DNA of 64,000 bases from the human T2T-CHM13v2.0 reference genome, Homo sapiens. Positions 13,866 through 31,819 of this stretch are shown in pieces. The stretch is taken from NCBI RefSeq assembly GCF_009914755.1, contig NC_060935.1; one strand, given 5' to 3'. The position numbers and the translations under genes were made by a program. The notes under the pieces were generated by a model. The model did no database searches and had not been told where the DNA came from. It saw nothing but the letters and a program-made list of their open reading frames with translations. Each line of letters begins with the position of its first letter. Position 1 is the first letter of the stretch.

Positions 13866-14276
13866 TGCATCTGTTTCCTGGGCTTACTGCAACAAATTAC
13901 CACAAACCTGCTGACTTTAAATGACAGAAATTGATATTCTCACAGTTCTGGAGGCCAGAAATCTAAACTCTGGGTTTCAGTAGGGTGTGCTCCCTCCAAA
14001 GGCTCTGAGGGAGAACCTTCCCCTGCCTCTTCCTGCTTCTGGTGGCTCCAGGCGTTCCTTGGCTTGCGGCTGCTTCACTCCAGTATGCTGGTACTCACGA
14101 GGTCTCTCCTGCTTCTCCTTATGTGTCTCTTCTCTGTGTGTCTGTTATAAAAACACTTCTCACTAAATTAGGACCCAAAGGTCCTTTCTCCAAATAAGGT
14201 CATATTCACAGTTTCAGCAGGGGTTAAACGTACACATATCTTTTGGCAGGGGTAGCGCATGATTCAACTCACTAAC
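13866..14276 (-). mobile_element. MLT1B/C-type MaLR LTR
   Basis: aacaaattaccacaaac...tctcacagttctggaggccagaaatc...ccaaataaggtcatattcacag. Confidence 0.85.
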
Positions 14277-14599
14277 GATGGGCAAGAGGATAAAAGAGCT
14301 TTTAAGATGGAAATTTATTTGGACGAAATTCCCTAATGGATAGTCACGATAATGATCATTTGAATATGAGGATGCCATTTGAAATTATTTAAACTTCTGG
14401 AATATAAAACCTTCCTCTGTGTTCCCCTAAATCTTATGTCAGGCTGTTATAAACACATCTATACACACTCACACACAGGACTTTTCAACTCTCCTGCTTA
14501 TACACACGCGTGCACATACTTACGTAAGTATGTCTATTTTTACCTCAAGTGCACTCTTTTAAGTAGATGGTTTCTTCCTTTCATGAACTGCTATCATTT

Positions 14600-16153
<1,554 letters not shown>

Positions 16154-16921
16154 ATTATAATGTTTTAAATGTTTGTTTTTTCAAAGAGACTATGGTGTTT
16201 TTAGAAAACAGTTTTTACTCATAAATGACTAAGGAAAGAGAGAAAGGGATGTCCTCAAGCTCAGCAAAGACACGAATTAACAACAACAACAACAAAGAAA
16301 TCCCAAAGACTAAAGAATATACCAAATTCACTAGTAAAAAAATAATAAAATTAAAACCACAATAAAACATCACTCATTTCTCAAATTGGCAAAGATTTAA
16401 AGAATGCTTGGTGTTGGTGAGCAGATGAGAATGAGTATTCATAATCTATTGGTGGAAGACTAAATTGGTAAAAATATGTTAGAGGGTAATTTGGCAATAT
16501 TTAATACCCTTGACTTGTGATTACATTCTTGACGTATGAATTCCTCTTGTATGAGTGGGACCTATGGAAATAATCATGGCAATGTCCATGCCATCATGAC
16601 ATGGTTCCTGCACTCAGGGATTGGTGAAGAGAGAGGATGCTGAACTTCGACATTTAAGGAAATCTCTATCAGGATGCAGGCTAACTGCAGAGATAATGGA
16701 ACAAAAACTTCAGTGACTACACACGACAAGTGAAAGACACCTTGCAAAAATGGTTTGGAAATGTCACTGTACAAAGGGATGACTGCAGCCTCAAAAGCAG
16801 TCCTAGAGGAGAGGGAATCTCATTTCCAGAGTTATCACATTATAATGCTCAGAACATTCAGTCTCAACAAAAAATGTTACAAAGCATACCAAGAAAAAAA
16901 GAAAAAGAAAAAGAAAAATAT

Positions 16922-17212
<291 letters not shown>

Positions 17213-17640
17213 TATATGTTAAAAAAATTGTTAATATGGCTCATTCACTGGAAAAAAAAGAATTTGACAGAAAACTATTCCTAAGAAAGCCCAGACATTG
17301 GAATTACTAGTCAAAGATGTTAAATCAACTCTCTTAAATATCCTCAGTAAGTGAAAGGAAACCATAGACAAAAACTAAGTAAATAAAATTGGGAAAACAA
17401 TGTATGAACAAATAGGGAATGTCAAAGGATGTAAATTATCAAACCACACAGAAATTCTGGAGCTGAAGAGTATAACTGAAATTTTAAAATTCACTAGAGT
17501 GATTCAATGGCAGGTTTTGAGCAGACAGGGAAAGAACTGTCAAACTTGAAATTAAGACAACTGAAATTATCCAGTTTGAAGAGGTGAAAGAAAAAGAATA
17601 AAGAAAATAAACAGAACCTGAGGGATCTGTGGGACACCAT

Positions 17641-17643
<3 letters not shown>

Positions 17644-17684
<41 letters not shown>
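17644..17684. repeat. (CA)n microsatellite, ~20 units
   Basis: Direct reading. Confidence 0.95.
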
Positions 17685-17690
<6 letters not shown>

Positions 17691-18652
17691 TATAAAGATA
17701 TAGGTTAGATATAAATATAGATATATCATGAGCACTCCAGAAGAAGAGGGAAAGGGGCAGAGACATTATTTGTAAACTAATGGCCCGGAATTCCCCAAAT
17801 ATGATAAAAAGACATGAAAATATACATGTTCAAAAAGTTCAATGAACTTCAAGCAGGATAAACTCAAGGAGATCTACACCAAGACACATGAGACTAATTG
17901 TTGAAAGACAAAGACAAAAAGAGAATATTGAAATCGGTGAGAGAAAAGTGGCTCATCACCTACAAGTGATTCTCTATGGAATTAACAGCTGATTTCTTCT
18001 CAGAAACCATGGAAGCCAGAAGGCAGTGAGATGATGTATTTAAAGGACTGGAAAACACAAACTGTCAACCATGAACTCCATATCTGCCAAAATGATCTTT
18101 CAAGAATGAAGGAGAAACTAAGACATTTCCAAATAAACAAAAGCTGACGTAATTTGTTACTAGTAGACCTACTAAAGGACATACCTCAGGCTGAAATTAA
18201 AGGACATTAGTCAATAGCTCAAAGCCATATGTAGAAAAACAGAATGCTGTAAAGGTAACTACAGGGGTAATTATAAAAGCCAGCACTACCATACTTCTGT
18301 AACTCCCTTTTATTTCTATACGATTTAAAAGTTAGGGTCACAAAACAATAATTATAAATCTGTTAATAGGCACACATGTACAATGATATAACCTGTGACA
18401 ATAACAATACAGAGGAGGAGGAATCGATGTATAAGAGCAGAATGTTTTTATACCACTGGTATTATTCACTAGGGTATGGTAAGTGTAAGAAGTTAATTGC
18501 AATCCCCAATATAACCACTGAGAAAATAACTAAAACATATACCAAAAAAGAGACTCAAAATGATACACTACCAAAAAATTCAACTAAATACAAAAATGGC
18601 AATAACGTAGGAATGGGGAAAAGACAGTCTTTTCAAAAACTAGTGCTGGGAA

Positions 18653-19843
<1,191 letters not shown>

Positions 19844-21136
19844 AAAAACTAGTGCTGGGAAAACTGAGTATCCAAGATGAAAAGAATCAAGTTGGATCTT
19901 TGTCTAACACCACATACAAAAAATCAACTCAAAATAGATCAAAGATCTGAAATATAAGAGCTAAAACTATAAAAGTCTTAGAAGACAATATAGAAAAAAA
20001 ACTCTGTGACACAGAATTTTGCAATAATTTCTTGGACATAACACCAAAAGCACAGGCAACAAAAGAAAAAATAGCAAAAGAGATTTCATCAAAATTAAAA
20101 ACTTTTGTGCATCAAAGGACACTAGTAAGAGAGTGAAAGGACAACCCACAGAAAATATTTGCAAATCATATCTGTGATAAGAGCTTGATATCCAGAATAT
20201 ACAAAAACTTCTGTAACTCAATAACAAAAAAACCCCACAAAATAGCTTTCAAAACTGGGCAGAGAACTTAAATAGACAATTCTCTAAAGAAAGTATATAA
20301 ATGGCAAAAAAAAAAAAAAAAAGCACATGAGAAAAAAAGATGTTCAACATCATTAGTCAACAGGATGCATTAGGATGCAATCAAAACCATAATGAGTTAC
20401 CACTGCACACCTACTAGGAGTGCTATAATTTTTTAAAAAAGGAAAATAAGCGTTGTCAAGGACGGGTAGGAATTGGAACGCTTGTGCATTGCTGGTAGGA
20501 ATAAAGATGCAGCTGCCATGGAAAACACTATGGCAGTTCCCTAAAAAGTTAAACATAGGATTATCATATGACCTGGCCATTCCATTTTTAGAAGTATACT
20601 CAAAATAATTAAAAAACAAGGGCTGAAACAGATACTTGTATGCAATGTTCACAGCAACATTATTCACAACAGCCAAAAGTTGACAACAACCTAACTGTCC
20701 AACAGATGACTAGATAAACAAAAAATGTTGTACATGAACTGCAGAATATCATTCAGACATAAAAAGGAAGGAAGTTCTGGTACATGCTACAACCTGGATG
20801 AACAATGGAAACATTAGGCTAAGTGAAAGAAGCCAGACACAGCAGGACAAATACTGCAGATTTCACTGACATGAAGTATCTAGAATAGGAAAATTCATAG
20901 AGACAGAAAGCAGATTAGAGGTGCCCAGGGACTATGGGAAGATTATTCCCTTAGGCTTGGTGCACCCTGTGAGAAGGTGGGGGGCTTAATGCTTATGAGT
21001 ACAGAGTTTCTGTTTGGGGTGATGAAAAATTGTGGAAGTAGGTAGTGGTGATGGTTATACAACATTGTGATTGTAATTAGTGTCACCGAATTGCATACTT
21101 AAAAATTGTTAAAAGGACAAATTTTATGTTTTATGT

Positions 21137-21470
21137 ATAATCCCTCTATATCCATGGGGAATTGGTTCCAGGACCTCCAGTGGATACCAAAATCCACTGT
21201 GCTCACGTCCCTTCTATAAAATGCCATAATATTTGCATATAACCTATGCACATCCTCCCATATACTTTAAATCATCTCTAGATTACTCATAATACCTAAT
21301 GCAATACAAATGCTATGTAAATAGTTGTTGTGCTGTGTTGTTTAGGGAATAATGACAAGGGAAAAGAGTCTGTACAAGTTCAGTACAGACACAATGTTTT
21401 CCAGAGATTTTTGATTCATGGTTGGTTGAATCAATGGATACAGAACCCATGAATATGGAGGACTGGCTAT
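21137..21470 (+). mobile_element. MER2 (TcMar-Tigger MITE)
   Basis: tccatggggaattggttccaggacc...tttaaatcatctctagattac...atggatacagaacccatgaatatggagg; inserted at TA in the L1 3' end. Confidence 0.85.
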
Positions 21471-21731
21471 ATTTTGCCACAATAAAATATTTAAAATAAA
21501 ATAAGTAAAGTGATGGACCTCCACAGCAATGAAAAGGGAATTACTGATACACATAATGACTAAGGTGAATCTCAAAAACATAATGTTAACTGAAAGAAGA
21601 CAGATGGAGGACAGTTAGAGAAAAGGGAGAAAATGATCCAGCAAAAATACTCTTAGCAGGCCCTGTGGGCTGAGAGAGAATTAAATGCAAAGGAACACAA
21701 AGAAACCATTTGGGCTGCAGCCTGCAATGTT

Positions 21732-22056
<325 letters not shown>

Positions 22057-22643
22057 AGTGCTAGCAATGTTGTAAATTTTGTCTGTGCAATGGCTACATG
22101 ACTATCTACATTTGTCAAAACTCATCGAGCTGTGCACCTACAAAAGATGAATTTTACTCCATGTAAGTTACACATACATGAACTTCGTGTTTATAAAATG
22201 CTCCTTGCAGAAATGTTGGCGTATGTTGCTGGAAATCCACAAACCCAGAGCACAGTTCAGTCTCAGCAGTTAACCTGTTTCTGCAACTTGATGCTCTCCT
22301 CTGCAGCCTCAGCAGCCATGACCGTGGAGAGCTGTGAGTTGGAAAGCCTTGGCTGGCTGCTGTTTGTTACATTTCCAACAATCTCTAGCATTGGGTCATT
22401 TGCAGCTCTGGAAACCTGGCTAGTAGGGACCTGCGAGCCGGCAGGAGGGGATGGAGGAGGAGTGGTGGTGATGGTTCCTTGGAGGGTAGAGGTGCACCAA
22501 ACCCGAGGCATGGATGGCCCGCCAGAGCTACGAGGCAGAACTGGGCAGGGGGCCGGGTGGGAAATGGGGAGCGCCCCCCATTTTCCCTTTCATACTCCTC
22601 TACCCCTGCCAAGAAAAAGGAAGTCCTCCTGTCTCCTTTTTTC

Positions 22644-22880
22644 ATTTTTTAAATTATTTTTCAATGACAATTAATAATTGTGTATATATGGGGTACAATG
22701 TGATGTTTTGATTTATGATATTGTAGAAAGATCCCATCAAGCTAATTAATATATTCATCACCTCATCAACTTATCGTTTGTTTGTGGTGAGGACCTTAAA
22801 GATCTATTCTTCTAGCAATTTTCAAATATACAGTACATTGTTATCCACTGTGGTCTCCGTGCAGTGCACTAGATCCTCCT
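22644..22880 (-). mobile_element. L1MA 3'UTR fragment
   Basis: tatggggtacaatgtgatgttttga...tcaagctaattaatatattcatcacctca...tagcaattttcaaatataca. Confidence 0.8.
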
Positions 22881-23649
22881 TTCTGACAAGGCTGCATTGA
22901 GAGAGCGTTTGGCAGCTGCTGCAGCATCAGGCATGGGAACGGCTGGGCCACCGGCTGCAAGCTTGTCTCCCATGACCCCGGGGTAAAACGGGTGCAGTTC
23001 TGGTAACAGGCAGGCCCTCCCCCAGCCTCCTGCTCAGGGCTGCCACTGACACTGCACCCGAATCCTGCCTGCTGCCCAGCAAAGGACATGCCTGCCACAT
23101 CCAGCTCTCCTTCCAGAGGCACCTGTCACTTGCTGCCCTCTCCTTATCCCAGTCCCACCAGCCCAGCAGGGTAGAGGCCAGGGCTCGCCTCGCCACGGGA
23201 AACTGCTCCACTGCTGATCCCAGCCAGGGAAAAACTGCCTTGGGAAGAGTGTGCTCAGCTCCCTGTGGGGGGGCAGGGAATTCCACCATCTCCCCCACAG
23301 CCACTTCCAGATGTACCTGGAGACCTGGGTTTGCCTCTGGGGCGAACTGGAAAATTGACAGCAAAGGAAATGAAAATTCTCCAGGGAGCCAGAGACTTTT
23401 GGGGGTAGATGGAGAAATGGATGAGTTTGCGTGCCTTGCACTGCATGTGACACCCAGAGTTGAGAATGGGCCTTTGAACTAGCCAAGCCAGCCAGCTGGT
23501 CTGACCTCCAAGGCAAGCGCGGCCCTGAGAGGCTACCTGATTGTACCAAATGTCAAGGCCAGTGCTGAGCAGAGCCAGCACTGGAATGAGTTCTCCTGAG
23601 ACCCAGTTCCCTCAAAACCCACTAGTTTTTCCCCTTCCCCACCCCTGAG

Positions 23650-24150
23650 ACCCAAAGCTGAAGAGTAATTATGGTGACCTCCAAGGCCCCATGTGATCTG
23701 CCTCCCCACCCCCAGAACCTATCTGATCTCCCCTTGTCCTTCTCCCCTCACTCTCTGCACCCCGGCACACAGCTGGTCCCTGAGCACCCCAGCCATGCTA
23801 CGTGTTGGCCCTGACATCAGCATCACTAGTCCCCTCACCTGCTTCAAGTCTTGGCCAAGTGTCACCTCACCAAGGTGGAGTCTCTGACCATCCTATTACT
23901 ACCGCTGCGGCCTGCCCCGCCTCCTCAGCAGGCCAATCTCCCCTCCAGCTCCACTTTTCTTCTCTCTCAGGACTCCCACCTCCTAACATGCCCTTTATCT
24001 CTTTATTTATTATGCCTCCTGCTGATGGTCTGCCTCTACCACAAGAATGTCAGCTACACAAAGGGCAGAGACCCCATCTGTTTCATTCACGCTGTAACCT
24101 CCGTATTAAGAGGGGGCTCTAACTCAACCAATATTCACTGAATGAATGAT
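23650..24150 (+). mobile_element. L2 3' fragment
   Basis: gaatgtcagctacacaaagggcagagacc...caatattcactgaatgaatga. Confidence 0.65.
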
Positions 24151-24679
24151 GAGATGAGCTTCTTTAAAGGGTACTTGTGCTATATGTTTACTTGTCTTTC
24201 CAGATCGCCCCCAGAGGCTTAATATCAAATGCACCAAATGATATACCCGCTTTTTAAATGTACCCCCACAAAAAAGGGAAGCCTGAAATCTAAGCCCCTC
24301 TCTCATGCCTTGCAGTCCCCATCTGGGACCTCAGGTGAATGATGAGGCACTGCATGTGGGGTTAGAAAGACTTTAGTCTTGGCATTGTGGGAATGGGAGT
24401 AATGCCTTTTTAGAGAATTAAGGTATCCTGGTGTCATGTGCTGGTGAGGCCCAGTGGCCCTGCCACAGAATGGGCAGTACCTCCTCACCCACTCCTTCTG
24501 GAGATGGCACTGGTGGCTCAGTTGCATATTCAAGCAACTATTGTCAGGCCAGGATTTGTGATGTATCCCAGGATCCAATTAAAATTGTTGTTGTTGCTGT
24601 TGTTGTTTTGGTCTTTGCACGGACAATATAGCAAGTCTGGTAAGTTTCTCTGATCGGCAGCAAGCAGCCTCGGGGAGAG

Positions 24680-24880
24680 AGCTACAATTATTGAGCACTG
24701 CGCCTTGGTTTTTACGTACATCACCCCTCACCATGCTCCCAGCAGTCCTGCAGTGAAGATGTTGTACCCGTTTTGAATTTTAGGAAACTGACGCGCAGAA
24801 AATGCAAGGGACTTGCCTGGAGTCACACGGCTAGAGGGGATAAGGCCAAAGATTCAACTCCATGCTCTTTCTAACACACC
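24680..24880 (-). mobile_element. MIR
   Basis: aggaaactgacgcgcagaa...gacttgcctggagtcacacggctag. Confidence 0.65.
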
Positions 24881-24986
24881 AGGCTCCCAATAAGCACTTA
24901 TTACAAGAATGAATGATCCAAGGCACAAGGACTGAAGCAGAGAATGGGTATGTTTTAAGGGAGAAGAGGGATAAAAGAAAGGTCAC

Positions 24987-25270
24987 GGCCAGGTGCAGTG
25001 GCTCACGCCTGTAATCCCAGCACTTTGGGAGGCCGAGGCAGGTAGATCACAAGGTCAGGTGATCGAGACCATCCTGGCCAACATGGTGAAACCCCGTCTC
25101 TACTAAAAGTACAAAACAAAAATTAGCTGGGCGTGGGGGCGCATGCCTGTAGCCCCAGCTACTCAGGAGGCTGAGGCAGGAGAATCTCTTGAACCCAGGA
25201 GGCGGAGGTTGCAGTGAGACGAGATCACGCCACTGCACTACACAGCCTGGCAACAGAGCGAGACTCCACT
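24987..25270 (+). mobile_element. AluSc-like
   Basis: gatcacaaggtcaggtgatcgagaccatcctggccaacatgg. Confidence 0.88.
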
Positions 25271-25420
25271 GAAAGAAAGAGAGAAAGAAAGAAAGAGAAA
25301 GAAAGAGGGAAGGGAAGGGGAAGAGGGAAGGGAAGGGGGAGGGGAAAGGGAAGGGAAGGGGAAGGAAAGGGGAAGGGGAAGGGGAAGAGGAAGGGGAAGG
25401 GGAAGGGAAGAGAAAGAAAG
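25271..25420 (+). repeat. Polypurine (GAAA/GGGAAG)n tract from the Alu tail
   Basis: 150 nt of A/G only. Confidence 0.95.
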
Positions 25421-25432
25421 TTCACAGTGTAA

Positions 25433-25743
<311 letters not shown>

Positions 25744-25949
25744 TCACAGCATGGAGAGCAGGCCCACTTGGGACACAGAATGGGCATGTGTCAAGGGCCC
25801 TGGGAGGAGGTGCTGGAAAGGGACAGTGGAGAAAAGGGGGGGACAGCCGATCAGTCCCCTGGGCCATTCTGCTTGCCTCCTCACTAAGAATAGTAGCATC
25901 TCCCCTCGCTCCCACTGCTTTCTGTGGCTCTCAAAATGCTTTCGCATGC

Positions 25950-26130
25950 ATTTTCTCACTACAGCCTCAGAACAATCTTTAGGAGTAGTGTTATCTTCCC
26001 CATTTCACAGATGAGAAAGCTGAGACTCAGGGAGGCCACATAACTCGCCCAAGAACACATAGCCAATTAGTGGCAGGTATGGGGCTCCATTTAAGTATAT
26101 GACCCCGCTCTGGCTCAGTATTCTTATCCC
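25950..26130 (-). mobile_element. MIR
   Basis: ccccatttcacagatgagaaagctgagactcagggagg...actcgcccaag. Confidence 0.75.
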
Positions 26131-26468
26131 CACCCCAAATAAAGAGAATCACACGACCTTATTGTGATAATAAATAGCAACTGTAGTCAGAGGGAGAGAG
26201 GCCCAGGGAGGAACAATAATCTAACTAAGACGCTTGACATTGGAAACTCCTGGAGGGCAGGGCAGAGATCATGCAGGAGATTTAACAGCACCCAGCACAG
26301 CTGCCCACGCGGAGGTGCGTCTATGCTGAGCTGCCACAGCAAGGCTGCAGTGCCTGGCCCGGAGCTTGGTCACGCTGACCTCCACGGCAGGAACTGAGAG
26401 CAGCATCTACTCCCAATCCTGCATAAGAGGTCATAGAAACACCCTACAGCCCAGGGGGGAGCCAGTCC

Positions 26469-26487
26469 CGGCCAGGAGGTGGCGTCA
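26469..26487 (+). promoter_or_regulatory. Candidate CTCF motif
   Basis: cggccaggaggtggcgtca vs core CCASYAGRKGGCR (one mismatch); motif only. Confidence 0.3.
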
Positions 26488-28639
26488 CAGTTCAGAGAGG
26501 TGCCAAGTGAGCAGAAAACAGCTCCTGGTCTCTGTAGCTGAGAGAGACAGAGCTGGACATCCTGGCCCGATGGAGCTCTGGGTGTTGTTCCCACAACAGC
26601 AACAGCACAGAGCGCTGAACACACACCCCACAGTTCACTGTCCGTGGCCAGGAGGCCATTCAAAACGTGATTGCTGGTTGTCAACTCCAAGAACTAACAG
26701 GAGTGAAAACTCACACACACACACCCCCAAGAATGCAGGCTCTGCCTGGCACGCAGGGAAGTCTGCCCTCGTGCCTGGGGTTCCTTCCTCTGTGGGCATC
26801 CCATCTTCAGAGCCTTGGCTCTCCCTTCCCCTGAGGGATTACTCACCACTTCCCTAACACTGCCGGGCTGCCCTGCTTTGCTGCCATGGAGTCCAGTCAT
26901 CAGGCAGATTCATTCACATCTACGCGCCTGAGTGGTACTGGCCACCACGTAACGGAGTGGACATCAAACAGAGAAGTGGGCAACCTGGAATTGGGTGCCA
27001 GTCCTCGAGTCCCTCATCAGCCAAAAGAAAATCATCTCATGAATGCCTACCCTCCAGAAGTGTCACGGGGAGACCATCAGGTGTGTACCAGAAGCACTTC
27101 CTACGCTGCAAAGCAGCAAAGAAAGGCAGCCTCTATAGCGGTTTGTAAAGAGTGCCTTGCAGAGAGGACACAGCCTGGCTGATGAGTTTCCAGCAGCAGA
27201 GCTTTAGGTATGATTGAATCTTGGAGAGGAAGAGACTTTGGTTCTGTTGAGCCTGCTCCATGTTTCTCAAAGCACACACCACCCACTCTGCCAACAGGTA
27301 AAGCTTCGGATGGAACCTGCTGTGTTCTGTCCTCTTCCAGCTGAGCCAGGCCCGCGGGCCCCCTCCAGGAGCTCCGGGCAAGCAGCCCCTCATGGCCCGT
27401 GGTGGAACTGCACCCTCAGCACTGGAGAGGGCGGTCGCAGGAGCCTGCGAGGAAGGTGGGGTCTCAGTGCTTTCGCACAGGGCGAGTGGAGCTGGAAATG
27501 CAGCCCCCAGTAGTTTCAGTTATTCCATGTATGGCTTTTCTCTCTCACCTTGCACCTTTAGACCCTAATTTCCTGTGAGCAATGTGCTGGGAAAACTGGC
27601 AGTAGCTCTCTGGCAACCCTGGGGGAAAGAAGCGAAGTGGGGTAGAAGCGGAAGCCAGGGGCAGAGGCTGGGTCGGTCCAGCCAGCCCGCGAGGGCTCCC
27701 ACGCAGCAGAGGTTCCACTGAGAGGAAGCCGGGGCTGGCCCGGCCGGGAGACTCCCTCCACGCCCCGTGTGTGGAGTGCCCGGGCACCCTATACCCTCAA
27801 GGTGGCCTTGACCTCTGGAGACAGGTGTTGGCTCCTTGAGTCACCAACAGCAGGGACCAGACCGGGAGGTGTTTCTGGGCGGGAAGGGCTGGGCCAGGCC
27901 AGGCTCCAGCAGGCCCCCTTGTGGTCAGAGGGGTTGCCTGCAGGATGATCGGCTTGGGAACCAAGGCAGCCACTCCCCACATGGGAGTTGGACCCAGGCT
28001 TGAAGGACACATTGTCACATCGATTCACTCTCCTGGGAGGCCTCCTTGTCACACAAGATGTCCTGGCCCCGGTGTTTTTCTTCACCATATTTCTCCCAAC
28101 TGTAATTGTGTAGTTCCTGGGGCGCTTATCTCTCAACGTCCATCTCTGTGAAAAAAGCCGTGACCCTCCAGGATAAGGTCTGTGCGTGAGACCCCCTGTG
28201 TGGAAAGGACGTATGAAAGTCTCAGGACTCTACCTAAGAGCCAGGACCCGGCTCAGGTCGCAGCTCCACTGCACCAATGCCCCTCAGCCCCAGGAGAGAC
28301 TGAGATCTCTGTAAACAGCAGAGATCAGCAATACAGGCCTTGCCCTGCTGAAACTTCCCTCTGAAAGGAAGGATAATGCTTTCAGCCAAGTGCCTGCCCA
28401 GAGCTCTGCAGGTGTGTGGCATGGAGGGCCTGGTGCCCCAGGAGGAGCTCAGCCTCCTGCCCCACCAGAATGGCCCGGGGCTCCCCAGGCTCCCTGCGAT
28501 CCTGGCTCTCGTCACACCACTCTCCAATCCCACATTTGGTCCTCTGTCATGTCCATGAGGCTGTGGGTGCACCCTGTCATTGTTTGTATCCCCTGGCGAT
28601 TAACACAGTCCAGGCAGAGAATCAAGTCAACAAGAATGA

Positions 28640-29400
28640 AGGAGAAAGTGGATCAATGAATGTTGGGCCCTATTTAGGGGCTGAGGACACAGAGATAAAT
28701 AAAATTCTATCTCTGCCCATGCAGGGTTCAAAGTCAAATTGGGGGACACAAAGTAATAATCACAGTACAGTGAAATTCATGTGTAGAGTGAAAGTCATGT
28801 TTAAGGAAGCTTTATTAGGGCACATGACAAAATATCCATGACTATGTTTTAGCTGGTCAGGGAAGGCTCCTTGGAGGAGGTGACTTGGAACAGTCTTAGA
28901 GGAAAGTAAAAATTCCAGGCAGGGATGAACAGGGCTCCCAGGCAGGGCACCTCATGTGAAGAGGTACAAGAAGCCAGAGTGGAAATGTGCAGAGCTTACT
29001 GTGGGGACCTAAGGGTGGCACGTACACCGTTGGAGCCAGCGCAGGAGCTGGCCTGGGGTGCCAGAAGGGATGGAAGAAAGGTTCCCAAGGGGGTTGGAAT
29101 ATCAAGCAAGGGATAAGTTGTGGGGTGGCGAAAGGATTGTAAGCAGAATGCTTGACTCCCCAGGGGTTTTTTTCCAACAGGATTCTCTGACGGCATTATA
29201 GAGAGAGGAGAGGAGGGGAAGAGCCTCAGTCAGGAGGCTCTGTGGGATGCTGTTGCCTTGGTCCAAGCAAGAGACAAGGCAGGCCCTGAGCAGGATGTGG
29301 CGGGGGGCTGGAGTGGGAGGACGGATTTCAGAGATATTTAGGAGAAAGAACTTGGGGCGCAAAGGAGAGGTGGGGAGAAAAGAGGGTGAAGGAGAAATAA
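28640..29400 (-). mobile_element. L2 relics
   Basis: ggtcagggaaggctccttggaggaggtgac, attccaggcagggatgaacag, ggatttcagagatatttagg. Confidence 0.6.
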
Positions 29401-29636
29401 GGTAAAGGGGAACAGAAGCCAAGCATCAGCTTCTCCTGCCTCTTCTTCTGCAATCCTCACTCCCCAAGCACGGACCAGCCAAGGACAAAGGCCCAGCTCA
29501 CTGGTCAGCCTACACATGTCTCAGCTATTCTTCTCATGAAAGAGGATGTTTTAGAAACCCTGACCTGAGCTGGGTGGTCTTATTTGTAACAATATTGTAG
29601 ATGGCACATAGAGGCACTTGGATAAATACTGAATGA

Positions 29637-30020
<384 letters not shown>

Positions 30021-31499
30021 CTAGCAGGTTTAACCTTGCTCAAAAGAGGAACCCCCAGGTTCCTCCCTGCTGCTGCTTTGAGTCCACGTGCCCAGGGCTT
30101 GCTGGCTGCCCAGGCTCAGCTGAGACTCACAGTTGTTTGTCTAAATCTTCCTCTTTTGGAGGTCAGAACTGCAGACCTGGGAAGGGGATTGAACTCCAGA
30201 GCCTGCTTTTTCTGTGCAGGGGCTAGAAAGATTGAAAGATACAAAGATGGAAACCTCTGGATTTCTCACCAGGTGGTTGACTACCCTGAAAGAGACTGTC
30301 AAAGTTATGCCTCCTTTCCAAATGATCTCACCCACTGCCAGGAGATGATCTGCGTGACCTACAAGCAAAGGCAGATAGCAACCAAGAGCTGAAATTAAAG
30401 TAGTGGAAAGATTAATTTCCCCATACAGGGCACTTCCCCACCCCCCAACCCTGCTTTTTGTTTTTTCGTTTTTTTGGGTTTTTTTTTTTTGCACAGGCAG
30501 CAATTCAATAAATAATTAATGCTTGCTAATCTTTTAGCTATTTCTCCTGTTGTAAAAAATTAATTGGTCTTCAATCATCTATTGCATTGTAATATGGAGG
30601 TATTTGGCCCTAGTCCACCACCCTGCTGAAACACGCCCCTCCTGATGTTCCTTGGCATATGTCAGTGACACTGGGCAGTCATGCCCAGCCTCCAGGTTCA
30701 GGACATGAATGGGAGTGCACAGCCATGTGGCAGACAACTCCAGGGAGCTTCACACAAGCACTGCCTCTTTCTTCCAGCACGTTTGAGGAGTTTGCAAATG
30801 CTCATTCTCACAACACCTCCTCCCTAGTTGCTGAGACTCCTATTTTGCAAAAGAGGTTGAACAAGATTAATGATGGGGTGGAGAAGCAGCACCATCTCTC
30901 TCCAGGCCTCTGACTAGGGACATCACATGTCCTGGGATCTCTTTCTGGCTTTTGCCACTGAACTTGTGCCTCAGTTTGCCTAAGCAGGACTATCAGATCC
31001 ACAGGAAGCAAAATGGGGAGGGGCGGTGGGGGAGGGAAGATTTCCAGATGTCTTGGTTCCTGCAGCCTCAACTACGACATTTTACCTCTTTGAAATCACA
31101 ACTCAATCATACCACCTCCTCCAGGAAGCTTCCTAGATTAAACCAGCCTGGTTATCCCCACCCCAGTGCCTGACTTGCCCTCCCTATTCAGTGCCCTTTA
31201 GAGATTATTCTAATGACAAAGTTCAGTGGATGACTAGTTTGCCTACTATTGTTTTCTCATATTAAAATTTAAGCCATGTAGGGTGGTAATCATGTTTGCT
31301 CTTCAGTAAATATTCCAAGAACTTGTGTGGCTGCAAAAAGTCTTACAGAAGGGAGGAGAGGGGGTTGTCAGCAGGAGCAGCCCAGGAGACGCTCATGAGA
31401 ATACGCAAGGGTCTGCACCAGTCAGCACTTGGAATTGTCCCTCCTGGGAGAGCCATGTAGCTAGCCGGTAGGTTCAGAGGACAAGCACCATCAGGGGCT

Positions 31500-31682
31500 C
31501 ATGTCTGAGTCCCGCCCGGCTCCTTCTGCCACTTCTGAGTGGCATCACTTAATCTCTTCCAGCCTCAGGATCTCATCTGAAAAAATGTCTCCCTCATAAG
31601 GTTGTTGTAGGGATTACGTGAGATGGTGAATGTAGACAACGATTGCAAACTGGGGAGCACGAGGTCGATATGAGCACTGATT
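31500..31682 (+). mobile_element. MIR
   Basis: tcacttaatctcttccagcctcaggatctcatctgaaaaaatg...aggttgttgtagggatta. Confidence 0.7.
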
Positions 31683-31819
31683 GCTGCCCCGCTACATGGT
31701 CCTCTTGCTCTGCAACCATCTTCAGAGGCACCATCCTGTGCCTACCTTGGAAGCAGCCTGAATTCCAATTCCCTGACTCGCATCCCTCCCTCTGGCCTCT
31801 TAAGGTAGTTTGAGGATAG

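Noticed and set aside
22132-22674. 180-aa + ORF and overlapping 82-aa - ORF
   Set aside because: Starts within an L1ME relic and ends in an L1MA fragment; no recognisable domain or splice-consistent exon
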